Source: an uncultured Eubacteriales bacterium
GTDB taxonomy: Bacteria > Bacillota > Clostridia > Christensenellales > CAG-138
Assembly (NCBI GenBank): GCA_900540495.1
Contig: UQGA01000002.1
Span: 61,230-125,229 of the forward strand
Direction: 5' to 3'
Length of the DNA stretch: 64,000 nt
Positions 18,186 to 26,133 of this stretch are shown piece by piece. The position numbers and the translations under genes are program-made. The notes under the pieces were generated by a model, which saw nothing but the letters and a program-made list of their open reading frames with translations, made no database searches and was not told the DNA's origin. The first letter of the stretch is position 1. Each line of letters begins with the position of its first letter.

Positions 18186-18469
18186 GGGTCCGCCCCCCGT
18201 TCCCCGTCGGGCTGCGCCAGCTCCACGGCGGCGGCGTCGGCGTTGCGCAGCGCGATGACCGTGCCGCGGATCAGATAGGCGCGCGGATCGCCGGACGGCG
18301 CGTCGAACAGGCGCGTAGCCGAGGCGCGCGCGGTCAGGCCGAGGTCCATGAGCCGCCGCCGCATGGGCCCCTGCAACCGGATGGCCCCGATGACGGCGGT
18401 GCCGCCGGGCGGGATGGAGAGCAGGGAGGGCGGGGCCTCGGGGCGCATGGGGGCCTGGGAAATACGCAT
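18176..18469 (-). CDS. feoA: FeoA family protein
   Basis: Start MRISQ at 18469 with an AAGGAG-type SD. FeoA SH3-like core (RRRLMDLGLTARASATRLFDAPSGDPRAYLIRGTVIALR). Confidence 0.75.
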   Translation of the reverse strand: MRISQAPMRPEAPPSLLSIPPGGTAVIGAIRLQGPMRRRLMDLGLTARASATRLFDAPSGDPRAYLIRGTVIALRNADAAAVELAQPDGERGADPWD

Positions 18470-18554
18470 GGCGCTGACACTCCTTTTTTGCAGGGCTTTG
18501 CCCAATACTATGCCTGCAAGGCCGTCGCGGGTGCGTCTCCGCTCCGGACAACGC

Positions 18555-18579
18555 ATAAAAACAGCGGCGGGCCGCCCGC
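18555..18579 (-). terminator. Probable terminator of the AI-2E/YtvI gene
   Basis: GC-rich hairpin GCGGGCGGCCCGCCGC followed by TGTTTTTAT on the minus strand. Confidence 0.45.
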
Positions 18580-18638
18580 AAAAGGGACGGTTCGCCGCTT
18601 GTTGATCTGCCTTTCGGCGCAGTTTTACCGGCGCCGGG

Positions 18639-19883
18639 CTATGCTTCTTCCGCCGGGCCGTTGCCCTCGGCAGGGACTGCGGACGCATGGGCTTCGCCGC
18701 CGTCCTCCGCCACGCCGCCGTCCTCCGCCGCGCCGCCGTCGTCTCCGGGCGGCTGCGCGCGCCTGCCGCGTTTTGCGCCGCCCCTTGGCGGGTCAGGCGG
18801 CGCCTCGACACGGCGGAACAGGTGGATCACGCCGGCGTCGTTCATGCTTACGGCAATGGCCAGCGCCACCGGCAGCCCGAGCAGGCCGACCGGCCCGAAC
18901 ACGAACGTACCGACGACCATCGACAGCAGCGTGACGATCGGATGCAGGCCCACGTGTTGCCCGACGATTTTCGGTTCGATGACATTGCGGACGATGACCA
19001 CGACGATGTACAGCAGCATCAGCCCGGCCGCAAGCCGGTAGTTGCCGAGGACGGCGGTGATGATCGCCCACGGGATGAGGACCGTACCGCTGCCGACGAC
19101 GGGCAGAATATCGAACAGCGCGATGAGCAGCGCGATGAGCACGGCGTGCTCCACGCCGATGAGCAACAGGCCGACGGAGAGCTCGCAAAACGTGATGAAC
19201 AGGATCAGCGCGTAGGAGCGTACGTAGCGCCCGAGCGTCTTGCCAAGGTGCACGCGCACTTCGTGGACGCGCTCGCGCTGCGAATCGGAGAGCTGTTGCA
19301 GCAGGAATGCCTTGAGCAGCGGGAAATCCGCCGTGATGAACACCGTGGCGATGATCATGATGAGCGTGTTGAGCAGCCAGCCGGGCAGGGAGAACGCAAC
19401 GCCGCCGAGCATGGTGAGCGCCCTGCCGGAGAAGCTGAGCACCGCCTGTTCAATCGAAGTGCCGGCGCTCTCGAGCAGGCCGCTGACGGAGCTGAGCGCC
19501 GCCGGGTCGAGCCGGGCGACGAAGCGCTCCAGCTCTTCGGAAAAGGCCTCGAGCAGCGGCTCGACGACCGTGTTGTACAGCTCTGGCAGATTCAGCACGA
19601 ACGCCTTGGCGTTGGCGAACAGCTTGACCGAGAGCAGCCCGAGCGCAAGGCCGAGCAGGCTGTAGAACAGCAGCACCGTCACCGCCGCAGCGACGCCTTT
19701 GTGCACGCGGCAGCGCTCGTGCAGCAGGCGCACGACGGGGCGCAGAAGCAGCGAAACCAGCAGCGCGGCGACAAACGGCGCCAGCACGGGCAGGGCATAC
19801 CGGCACAGGAAGATCGTGACGGCAAGGATGACGGCCGCATAGCAAAAGCGGAGCAGGAAACGTTTCTGTGCTTCGATGTTCAA
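18639..19883 (-). CDS. AI-2E family transporter / YtvI-like sporulation integral membrane protein
   Basis: Polytopic AI-2E-type sequence. I prefer the TTG start at 19883 (GGGAGG 6 nt upstream) because the track start at 19973 would run through the mntP promoter. The tail is acidic and Gly-rich. Confidence 0.75.
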   Translation of the reverse strand: MNIEAQKRFLLRFCYAAVILAVTIFLCRYALPVLAPFVAALLVSLLLRPVVRLLHERCRVHKGVAAAVTVLLFYSLLGLALGLLSVKLFANAKAFVLNLPELYNTVVEPLLEAFSEELERFVARLDPAALSSVSGLLESAGTSIEQAVLSFSGRALTMLGGVAFSLPGWLLNTLIMIIATVFITADFPLLKAFLLQQLSDSQRERVHEVRVHLGKTLGRYVRSYALILFITFCELSVGLLLIGVEHAVLIALLIALFDILPVVGSGTVLIPWAIITAVLGNYRLAAGLMLLYIVVVIVRNVIEPKIVGQHVGLHPIVTLLSMVVGTFVFGPVGLLGLPVALAIAVSMNDAGVIHLFRRVEAPPDPPRGGAKRGRRAQPPGDDGGAAEDGGVAEDGGEAHASAVPAEGNGPAEEA

Positions 19884-19933
19884 AACATGCCTCCCAGGGT
19901 TGGATACCTTTTTTATAACATGATATATACCCC

Positions 19934-19964
19934 TTGTAAACAGGGTGCAAACCTGTGCTATAAT
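19934..19964 (+). promoter_or_regulatory. Predicted promoter of mntP
   Basis: TTGTAA (19934-19939), 19-nt spacer, TGc-TATAAT extended -10 (19956-19964). Confidence 0.45.
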
Positions 19965-20018
19965 ATTGTTCATAAAATTTCACGATTGGGCGCCGGTCCG
20001 GCGCGGATGGGGGACAAG

Positions 20019-20582
20019 ATGACCTTTATGGAACTGTTGCTGACCGGCGTCGGCCTGTCGGCGGATGCGTTTGCCGCGGCCCTTTGCGAGGGCCTGCACA
20101 TGCGGCGGCTGAACCTGCCCCGGGCGGCGCTGGTGGGCCTGTTCTTTGGGGGCTTTCAGGCGCTGATGCCGCTGATCGGCTATCTGCTTGGCAGCCAGCT
20201 CGAGCAGTATATCGCGCAGTTGGATCACTGGATCGTGTTTGCGCTGCTGCTGTTCATCGGCGGCAAGATGATCGTGGAAACGCTGCGCGGCGAGGAGGAA
20301 ACCGCAGAGAGCGGCCGCGCGTGGCTGGTGTCGCTTCTGCTGCTTGCGCTTGCCACGAGCATCGACGCCTTGGCGGTGGGCATCTCGTTCGCCTTTTTGC
20401 AGGTTTCGATCGTCCCGGCCGTGCTGATCATCGGGGCGACGACGTTCGTGCTCTCCGTTGCCGGCGTGGCGCTGGGCACGCGGTTTGGCACGCGCTTTCG
20501 CAAGCAGGCGGGCATTGCCGGCGGCGCGATCCTTGTGCTGATCGGTATCAAGATTCTGCTGGAGCATACCGGCGTGCTTTGA
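20019..20582 (+). CDS. mntP: Manganese efflux pump MntP
   Basis: 187 aa. Start MTFMELLLTGVGLSADAFAAAL. The duplicated DUF204 motif (SADAFA / SIDALAVG) is typical of MntP. It is embedded in an over-extended track ORF (18687..20582). Confidence 0.85.
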   Translation: MTFMELLLTGVGLSADAFAAALCEGLHMRRLNLPRAALVGLFFGGFQALMPLIGYLLGSQLEQYIAQLDHWIVFALLLFIGGKMIVETLRGEEETAESGRAWLVSLLLLALATSIDALAVGISFAFLQVSIVPAVLIIGATTFVLSVAGVALGTRFGTRFRKQAGIAGGAILVLIGIKILLEHTGVL

Positions 20583-20643
20583 GGGACAAGCTCCTCCGGG
20601 CGATGCCGCTGCGACGGATTCGGCTGAAAGCGAGGGAAGCGAA

Positions 20644-21231
20644 ATGGATTGTGAGGCATTGCTGTCGTTTTTGCATCTGGCCGAACGGCTCAAGGGTACG
20701 CCGCGGCACTGCACGACCACGGCCGGCACGCCGGAGTGCGTGGCCGCGCACGTGTGGCGGCTCATGCTGCTCTGCTGGCTGCTTTGGGACGAGGAGCCGG
20801 ATGTGGATATGCGCCGCGTGATGGAGCTGGCGCTCATACACGACCTCGGGGAAGCGGTCACGGGCGACATCCCGAGCTTTGTCAAGACGGACGCGGATGA
20901 GCGCGTGGAGTCGGACGCGCTGACGGCCATCGCGGCCATGCTGCCCGCATCGCGCGGCGAGGCGCTCGCCGCACTGTTCGAGGAATGGGAGGCGCAGCGG
21001 ACGCGGGAAGCGCGGTTTTGCCGCGCGCTGGACAAGCTGGAGGCCGTCATTTCGCACAACGAGAGCGACATCGCCACCTGGCTGCCCGTCGAGTACGAGC
21101 TCAACCCGGTCTACGGCACGGCGGAGGCGGCGGAGTTCCGGAGCCTGCGGCTGTTGCGCGAGCGGATCCGGCAGGACACGCTGGAGAAAATTTCGGCGCA
21201 AAGGAACAGGGAAGGGGAGCAGGGCGAATGA
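20644..21231 (+). CDS. HD domain hydrolase (YfbR-like 5'-deoxynucleotidase family)
   Basis: 195 aa. H...HD...D motif (AAHVWRL, IHDLGEAVTGDIP). Confidence 0.7.
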   Translation: MDCEALLSFLHLAERLKGTPRHCTTTAGTPECVAAHVWRLMLLCWLLWDEEPDVDMRRVMELALIHDLGEAVTGDIPSFVKTDADERVESDALTAIAAMLPASRGEALAALFEEWEAQRTREARFCRALDKLEAVISHNESDIATWLPVEYELNPVYGTAEAAEFRSLRLLRERIRQDTLEKISAQRNREGEQGE

Positions 21232-21779
21232 AGGAGCAGGAAGCGTATTTTGACCTGATCGCCGCGCGGCAGAGCTGCCGCCGGTTCGATCCATCGCGCC
21301 CGGTGGAGCGTGAAAAGCTCGATCGGTGCCTGGAGGCGGCCCGCCTTGCGCCGTCGGCGTGCAACAGCCAGCCGTGGCGGTTTCACGTGGCGACCGGCGA
21401 GGCGCTGTGCGGAAAGCTGCGGCCCTGCGTGCAGCGGCTCGGCATGAACCGCTTTGCGGACGATTGCCCGGCGTTCATCGTGGTGACGGAGGCGCGCGCC
21501 GCGCTCAAGCCCCTGATCGCCGCGCACCTGAGCGAGCGGGAGTTTTCGAGCGTCGATATCGGCATCGCCACGGCGCACCTGTGCCTGGCGGCCACGGCGC
21601 AGGGGCTGTCCACCTGCATCATCGGCTGGTTGGACGGAAAGAAAATCTGCGCGGCGCTCGACCTGCCGGAGACGACGCGCGTGCGGCTCGTCATCGCGGT
21701 CGGGTATGCGCAGGCGGACGATCCGCTGCGCAAGAAGCAGCGCAAGCCGCTCGAAGAGATTGTAACCTTTCACGAGTAG
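21228..21779 (+). CDS. Nitroreductase family protein
   Basis: Start MKEQEAYF at 21228 with ATGA overlap onto the HD gene. Nitroreductase motifs (RQSCRRFD, APSACNSQPWRF). Confidence 0.8.
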   Translation: MKEQEAYFDLIAARQSCRRFDPSRPVEREKLDRCLEAARLAPSACNSQPWRFHVATGEALCGKLRPCVQRLGMNRFADDCPAFIVVTEARAALKPLIAAHLSEREFSSVDIGIATAHLCLAATAQGLSTCIIGWLDGKKICAALDLPETTRVRLVIAVGYAQADDPLRKKQRKPLEEIVTFHE

Positions 21780-21899
21780 GAGCATGAAGGGCAAACAGGG
21801 CATTTTTCATCCGGTTTTCATGTGGGCAAAAGGATGGCTTCATGTGCGCGCCGTACAATGAAGCCATAAAACGTTCCGCAGGAACAGGGAGGGATTTGC

Positions 21900-22112
21900 A
21901 TGGACGAGCGGGTTGAGAAGGTGGAGCGGCTGCGGCGCGAGACGGGCGTTTCCTATGAGGAGGCGCGCGCGGCGTTCGAGACGGCGGGCCGGGATCTGCT
22001 GGACGCGCTGATTGCGCTTGAGAAGCAGGGCAAAGCGAGACGGCGCCGGCAGAGAGCGGGCCCGCCACGGGAACCTCCCGTGGCGGAAGAAGCCCCGAAG
22101 GGAAGCGCATAG
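21900..22112 (+). CDS. Small protein with an N-terminal UBA/EF-Ts-N-like helix bundle
   Basis: 70 aa. ETGVSYEEARAAFETAGRDLLDALIALEKQGK followed by a basic low-complexity tail. SD GGGAGGG upstream. Confidence 0.5.
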   Translation: MDERVEKVERLRRETGVSYEEARAAFETAGRDLLDALIALEKQGKARRRRQRAGPPREPPVAEEAPKGSA

Positions 22113-22159
22113 CGCCTTTTTGCGGCGGACGCGCTTACCATACATACGGTTCCGGATGA

Positions 22160-22206
22160 AAACAGAAAGATGAAACGGCGGGCGCCCCGTTCGGGCCGCC
22201 CGCCGT
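22160..22206 (-). terminator. Rho-independent terminator downstream of the pseudokinase gene
   Basis: ACGGCGGGCG ... CGCCCGCCGT stem (22175-22206) with an inner CCCG/CGGG extension. A T-rich tract follows on the minus strand. Confidence 0.6.
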
Positions 22207-22242
22207 TATTGCAGGACGTGGGCGCGTTGCGCCGCGCCGCCG

Positions 22243-23070
22243 TCAGAGCCAGTCAAGCTCATGGCGAATCTCCAGCACGGAGGCGTAGCCGCCGGCGCGC
22301 ATCCGTTCGAGCAGCGCGCGCAGCTCCGCCGGTGCCCCGGCGGATGCCGGCAGCAGCGCGAGCAGCGCCGCCCCGAAGCCGCGCAGGTCGTCCGCCGCAT
22401 CGCCGTGCTGCGGCACGGGCGGCACGTACAGGCAGGGCATGTCCGGCGCGCCGGGAATGCCCGCCGGGAAGTACCAGATCGACGCGGTCGACGGCGCGCC
22501 GTGTACGGCGCCCGTCCCGCCCAGACTGTGGAGGACGAGCAGCGCGTCGCAAAGCCGCCGCAGCGCGTCGGTCAGCGCCGCGCCGTCCGGCGGCACATCG
22601 GCCAGGGTTCGAAGCGGCAGGGCGGTTACGGTGAGGAACCGGCCGTCCGCCTCAAACGCGTCGAGCGGGGCAACGATGGCGTTGCAGGCGGCAAGCGTGC
22701 GCAGCGACGCGGCGCGGGCCAAACAGGCGTCCCGCATGGCGGGCTCCATGGGCCTTGCCGCAAGGCGTATCCGGCTGCCGCAGGACGTATCGAATCCGGC
22801 GCACACATAGGCGCCGGCGTCGACTCCGGCCGGCAGCGCCGCCCCGACGAGGTAGCGCCCGTGCAGCAGCGCGCCCGGCGGCAGCGGCGCAGCCCCGTCA
22901 TCCGGCACGGCGTGCAGCAAGCGCAAACAGGCCGGGCAGCGCCGCGACAGCGGCCCGACCGGCCCAAAGCAATGCGGGCAGCGCCGCGCCGCGCGCGGCG
23001 CGCGCGCCGGGTTGTTACGACAGGACCTGCGCAATGTCGGCGATGGTATCCGCCGAGAGCGGATCGGCAA
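22243..23070 (-). CDS. Zinc-ribbon protein with a degenerate protein-kinase-like domain (predicted pseudokinase)
   Basis: CPHCFGPVGPLSRRCPAC ribbon, then LLHGRYLVG...; the kinase K, HRD and DFG positions are not conserved (LHSLGGTGAVHGAPSTAS). Only TTG starts are available (23070 or 23034), and both overlap the 3' end of the M3 peptidase gene. A terminator lies downstream. Confidence 0.55.
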   Translation of the reverse strand: MPIRSRRIPSPTLRRSCRNNPARAPRAARRCPHCFGPVGPLSRRCPACLRLLHAVPDDGAAPLPPGALLHGRYLVGAALPAGVDAGAYVCAGFDTSCGSRIRLAARPMEPAMRDACLARAASLRTLAACNAIVAPLDAFEADGRFLTVTALPLRTLADVPPDGAALTDALRRLCDALLVLHSLGGTGAVHGAPSTASIWYFPAGIPGAPDMPCLYVPPVPQHGDAADDLRGFGAALLALLPASAGAPAELRALLERMRAGGYASVLEIRHELDWL

Positions 23071-24889
23071 GGCCGGCGGCCACGAGCGTTTCGCGGAAAT
23101 CCGTGTAGGGCCCGCGCTGCAGGATCGTCAGGTAGGCGTTTCTGGCGGCGTCCGCGTCGGTCTGCGCCAGGTCCCAGAGTTCGAGCGACGCGATCATGCT
23201 TGTGGCATAACTGATGTAGTACATCGGCGTCTGGAACGTGTGCGGGATCATCGTCCACTCGCAACCCGTGTACCCGTACAGGTCGGCAAAGCCGTATTCC
23301 TGCGCCAGCTTGTAGTAGAGCGCGTTCATCTCTTCGAGCGTCATATCCGGATCGGCATAGACGGCCTGCTGGAACTCATCCTCCATGCAGCCGGAGAGCA
23401 CCGAGTACAGCGCGTCCGACAGCCGGGAGGCCAGCGCCGCTTCCGCAGCCTCGTCGGAGCCGTAAAGCCGGTCAAAATAGGCGGTCATCAACAGCTCGAG
23501 CCCCTGCGAATCGACCTCCGCCAGGTCAAGTGACTCGGAGACGCTCCAGCCGCTGGCCGGGCTGACGAAGTAGTTGGTGTAGTGCCCAAGCTCGTGGATC
23601 AGCGTCCCCGTGTTGTAGAACGAGTCCTCCCATGCGGTGAACATGAAGGGCGAAGAGTAGTTTGCAAAATAGGTCGTGAAGCTCGACTCCATCTTGTTCT
23701 CGTTTGCCTCGAAATCGTACAGGCCGTATTCAACCATGTAGTCGAGCGCTTCGCACACCTGCGGCGAGAAATCCAGCAACACGCCCCGCAGCTTTTCAAC
23801 GAACTCCTCCAACGGGAACGAGTCCAGACTGAGGTCGTACTCGCTGTAAACGCTCATGAAAACATAGGTATAATAGAGCGGCACGAGGTATTCCTTTACT
23901 GCTGTGTGGAGCGCCTGTGCCTCCGTCACGGTGAAGTCACGCCCGTAGTAGTCGTAACCATAGGCGGCGTAACTGCCGTAGCCGAGCTTGGCGGCGATGT
24001 CGCTGCGCAGCGCCAGCAGGTCCAGATAGATTTCTCCGGCCTCCGCGTTGAGCTGTGCGACATACGCGCAGTACAGGCGGTAGTATTCGTCGTAGTCCTG
24101 CGCCGCGATCTCGCCGATCTGCTCCATCGTATAGGTGCGCCCGCCTTCCTTGAGCACGAACGAGGAGAGCAGGTCGTCATAGGTCTGCACGAGCTTCTGC
24201 TCCTCCTCGAGCAGCGGCTGGATGGACTCGTCGTTGAGCCTGTCGCCCGCCACGACGGCGTCAGCGAAATCTTCGCCCCAACGCTCCAGCGCTTCGTCGC
24301 CACGGTCGAGCAGCGCCAGCGCCACATCCGTCATCGCCAGATCGATCCGGTTCAACTCGGTCTGCAGACGCGTGTACTCGTCCCGGTATTCGGCGTCGGA
24401 GACGTCGTGCGCGTAGTACACATAGCAGAGCGAGAGCTGCGAAGAGGCTTCGTTGAATTGGCTGAGCGCCTCGTCGTAGCGGTCGAGCAGCTCCTTGGTG
24501 GGCTTCCCGGCTTCCGCATCCTGAAGCAGATCTTCGAGCAGCGACGAAAGCGCCTCGGTATCCGGCGCTTCGTAGACCATCTCGGAAAACGGGATGTTCG
24601 GGTGCTCGACCGGCGTTTTTACGGGCGCGTCCGGTTCTTCTGACGGATCGGGTGCGCTCGGCTTGCTTGGCGCATCCGGCACACCGGGCGTGTCCGGCCC
24701 GTCGGGCGGCTGGACGGCGGGGTCGTCCGTTTCTCCGGAAACGGCCTTGCGCACGCCCTCGGCGACGTTGGCGAACAGGATGCTCGAGCAGGCGCATCCG
24801 GCGCTGCAACCTGCGAGCACAAGCGCAAGCAGCAGCGGCAGCACGCGCTTCAACAGGGAAATACCGGCGGTTTTCATCATCTTTTTCAT
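23015..24889 (-). CDS. M3 family oligoendopeptidase (PepF-like), lipoprotein
   Basis: 624 aa. Signal/lipobox LLLALVLAGC. Zinc motif HELGHY. Pro/Asp-rich linker after the signal peptide. Confidence 0.85.
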   Translation of the reverse strand: MKKMMKTAGISLLKRVLPLLLALVLAGCSAGCACSSILFANVAEGVRKAVSGETDDPAVQPPDGPDTPGVPDAPSKPSAPDPSEEPDAPVKTPVEHPNIPFSEMVYEAPDTEALSSLLEDLLQDAEAGKPTKELLDRYDEALSQFNEASSQLSLCYVYYAHDVSDAEYRDEYTRLQTELNRIDLAMTDVALALLDRGDEALERWGEDFADAVVAGDRLNDESIQPLLEEEQKLVQTYDDLLSSFVLKEGGRTYTMEQIGEIAAQDYDEYYRLYCAYVAQLNAEAGEIYLDLLALRSDIAAKLGYGSYAAYGYDYYGRDFTVTEAQALHTAVKEYLVPLYYTYVFMSVYSEYDLSLDSFPLEEFVEKLRGVLLDFSPQVCEALDYMVEYGLYDFEANENKMESSFTTYFANYSSPFMFTAWEDSFYNTGTLIHELGHYTNYFVSPASGWSVSESLDLAEVDSQGLELLMTAYFDRLYGSDEAAEAALASRLSDALYSVLSGCMEDEFQQAVYADPDMTLEEMNALYYKLAQEYGFADLYGYTGCEWTMIPHTFQTPMYYISYATSMIASLELWDLAQTDADAARNAYLTILQRGPYTDFRETLVAAGLADPLSADTIADIAQVLS

Positions 24890-24996
24890 GCTACCAGTAT
24901 ACTATATCCCAGACCGCTTTTACACCCCCGGACTGCATATATTTTTTAATTTTGGCGCCGCGGATGAAAACGGGCGGATTCCACACCGGTTTCCCC

Positions 24997-25025
24997 TTGT
25001 CCTGCGGCGGGAAACGTGATATAAA
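24997..25025 (+). promoter_or_regulatory. Predicted promoter of ddl-murF
   Basis: TTGTCC (24997-25002), 17 nt, TGa-TATAAA (25017-25025). Confidence 0.45.
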
Positions 25026-25098
25026 AGAATGACGGCCATGCGCCGGGGCGCTTCGCCCTGCGGCGGCCGTCAAGAACCGACCGATGTTGGGGGTTTTC

Positions 25099-26133
25099 AT
25101 GAACATTGTGGTACTGGCCGGCGGGCTGTCGCCCGAACGCGACGTTTCCCTCTCCTCCGGCGCGAAGATTGCGGCTGCGCTGCAGGCGCGCGGGCACCGG
25201 GTCTGCCTTGTGGATCTGTTTTTTGGCGTGGAGCGCCTTCCGGCGGACCCGCTTTCGCTGTTTTCGGCCACGAAGCAGCCGGCGGCGCCCGCCATTGGCA
25301 CCGCCGCGCCGGATCTTGCCGCCGTGCGCGCTTCGCGCGGGAGCGGCCTTTCCACCGCCATCGGCAACGGGGTGCTGGAGCTGTGCCGGGCGGCCGATAT
25401 CACCTTTTTGGCGCTGCACGGCGGCGACGGGGAGAACGGCCGATTGCAGGCGCTGTTCGACCTGCTCGACATCCGCTACACCGGCAGCGGCTCGCTTGGC
25501 TGCGCGGTCGCCATGCACAAGTGGGTCGCGCGGCAACTGCTTTGCGGCGCGGGCATACCGGTTCCGCGCGGGGCGCTGCTGCGCGAGGGCGAAACGGAGA
25601 GCGGTATTCCGCTGCCCTGCGTGGTAAAGCCGTGCTGCGGCGGCTCCTCCATCGGCATCGCCATCGTACGCACGGATGCGGAATACCGGTCGGCGCTTGA
25701 ACAGGCGTTCCGCTATGAGCGCGAGGTGCTCGTGGAGGAATACATCGCCGGGCGCGAGCTGTCCGCAGGCGTGCTCGACGGCAGGGCGCTGCCGCTGATC
25801 GAGATCATTCCCCGCGGCGAGTTTTACGATTATGCGCACAAGTATCAGGCAGGCTGGACGGAGGAGATCACCCCCGCCCGGCTCGACGCGGCGACGACGG
25901 CGCGCATCCAGACGCTGGCAGAGCGCGCATGCACGGCGCTGGGCCTCGCCGTCTATGCCCGCGTGGACTTCCTGCTTGCGCCGGACGGGCAGCCCTACTG
26001 TCTGGAAGCGAACACCCTGCCCGGCATGACGCCCACGAGCCTGCTCCCGCAGGAGGCGGCGGCAGACGGGATCGACTATCCGGCGCTTTGCGATTGCATC
26101 GTGCGCCTGTCCGAAGGGAAGGCGGGCGCATGA
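25099..26133 (+). CDS. ddl: D-alanine--D-alanine ligase
   Basis: Start MNIVVLAGGLSPERDVSLSSG. ATP-grasp body with C-terminal LEANTLPGMT. Confidence 0.9.
   Translation: MNIVVLAGGLSPERDVSLSSGAKIAAALQARGHRVCLVDLFFGVERLPADPLSLFSATKQPAAPAIGTAAPDLAAVRASRGSGLSTAIGNGVLELCRAADITFLALHGGDGENGRLQALFDLLDIRYTGSGSLGCAVAMHKWVARQLLCGAGIPVPRGALLREGETESGIPLPCVVKPCCGGSSIGIAIVRTDAEYRSALEQAFRYEREVLVEEYIAGRELSAGVLDGRALPLIEIIPRGEFYDYAHKYQAGWTEEITPARLDAATTARIQTLAERACTALGLAVYARVDFLLAPDGQPYCLEANTLPGMTPTSLLPQEAAADGIDYPALCDCIVRLSEGKAGA

Noticed and set aside
19884-20018. Possible yybP-ykoY manganese riboswitch upstream of mntP.
   Set aside because: Only about 55 nt lie between the predicted -10 and the ATG, and none of the conserved riboswitch blocks was seen.
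21900-22242. The UBA-like 70-aa protein considered as a truncated DUF4342-type gene with a frameshifted C-terminal domain.
   Set aside because: Only about 130 nt remain before the convergent terminator, and no alternative frame encodes a recognisable continuation.
22261-23214. 317-aa plus-strand ORF competing with the pseudokinase call.
   Set aside because: It is Arg-rich and featureless. The minus-strand frame has a zinc ribbon, kinase-like blocks, better third-position GC and a downstream terminator.
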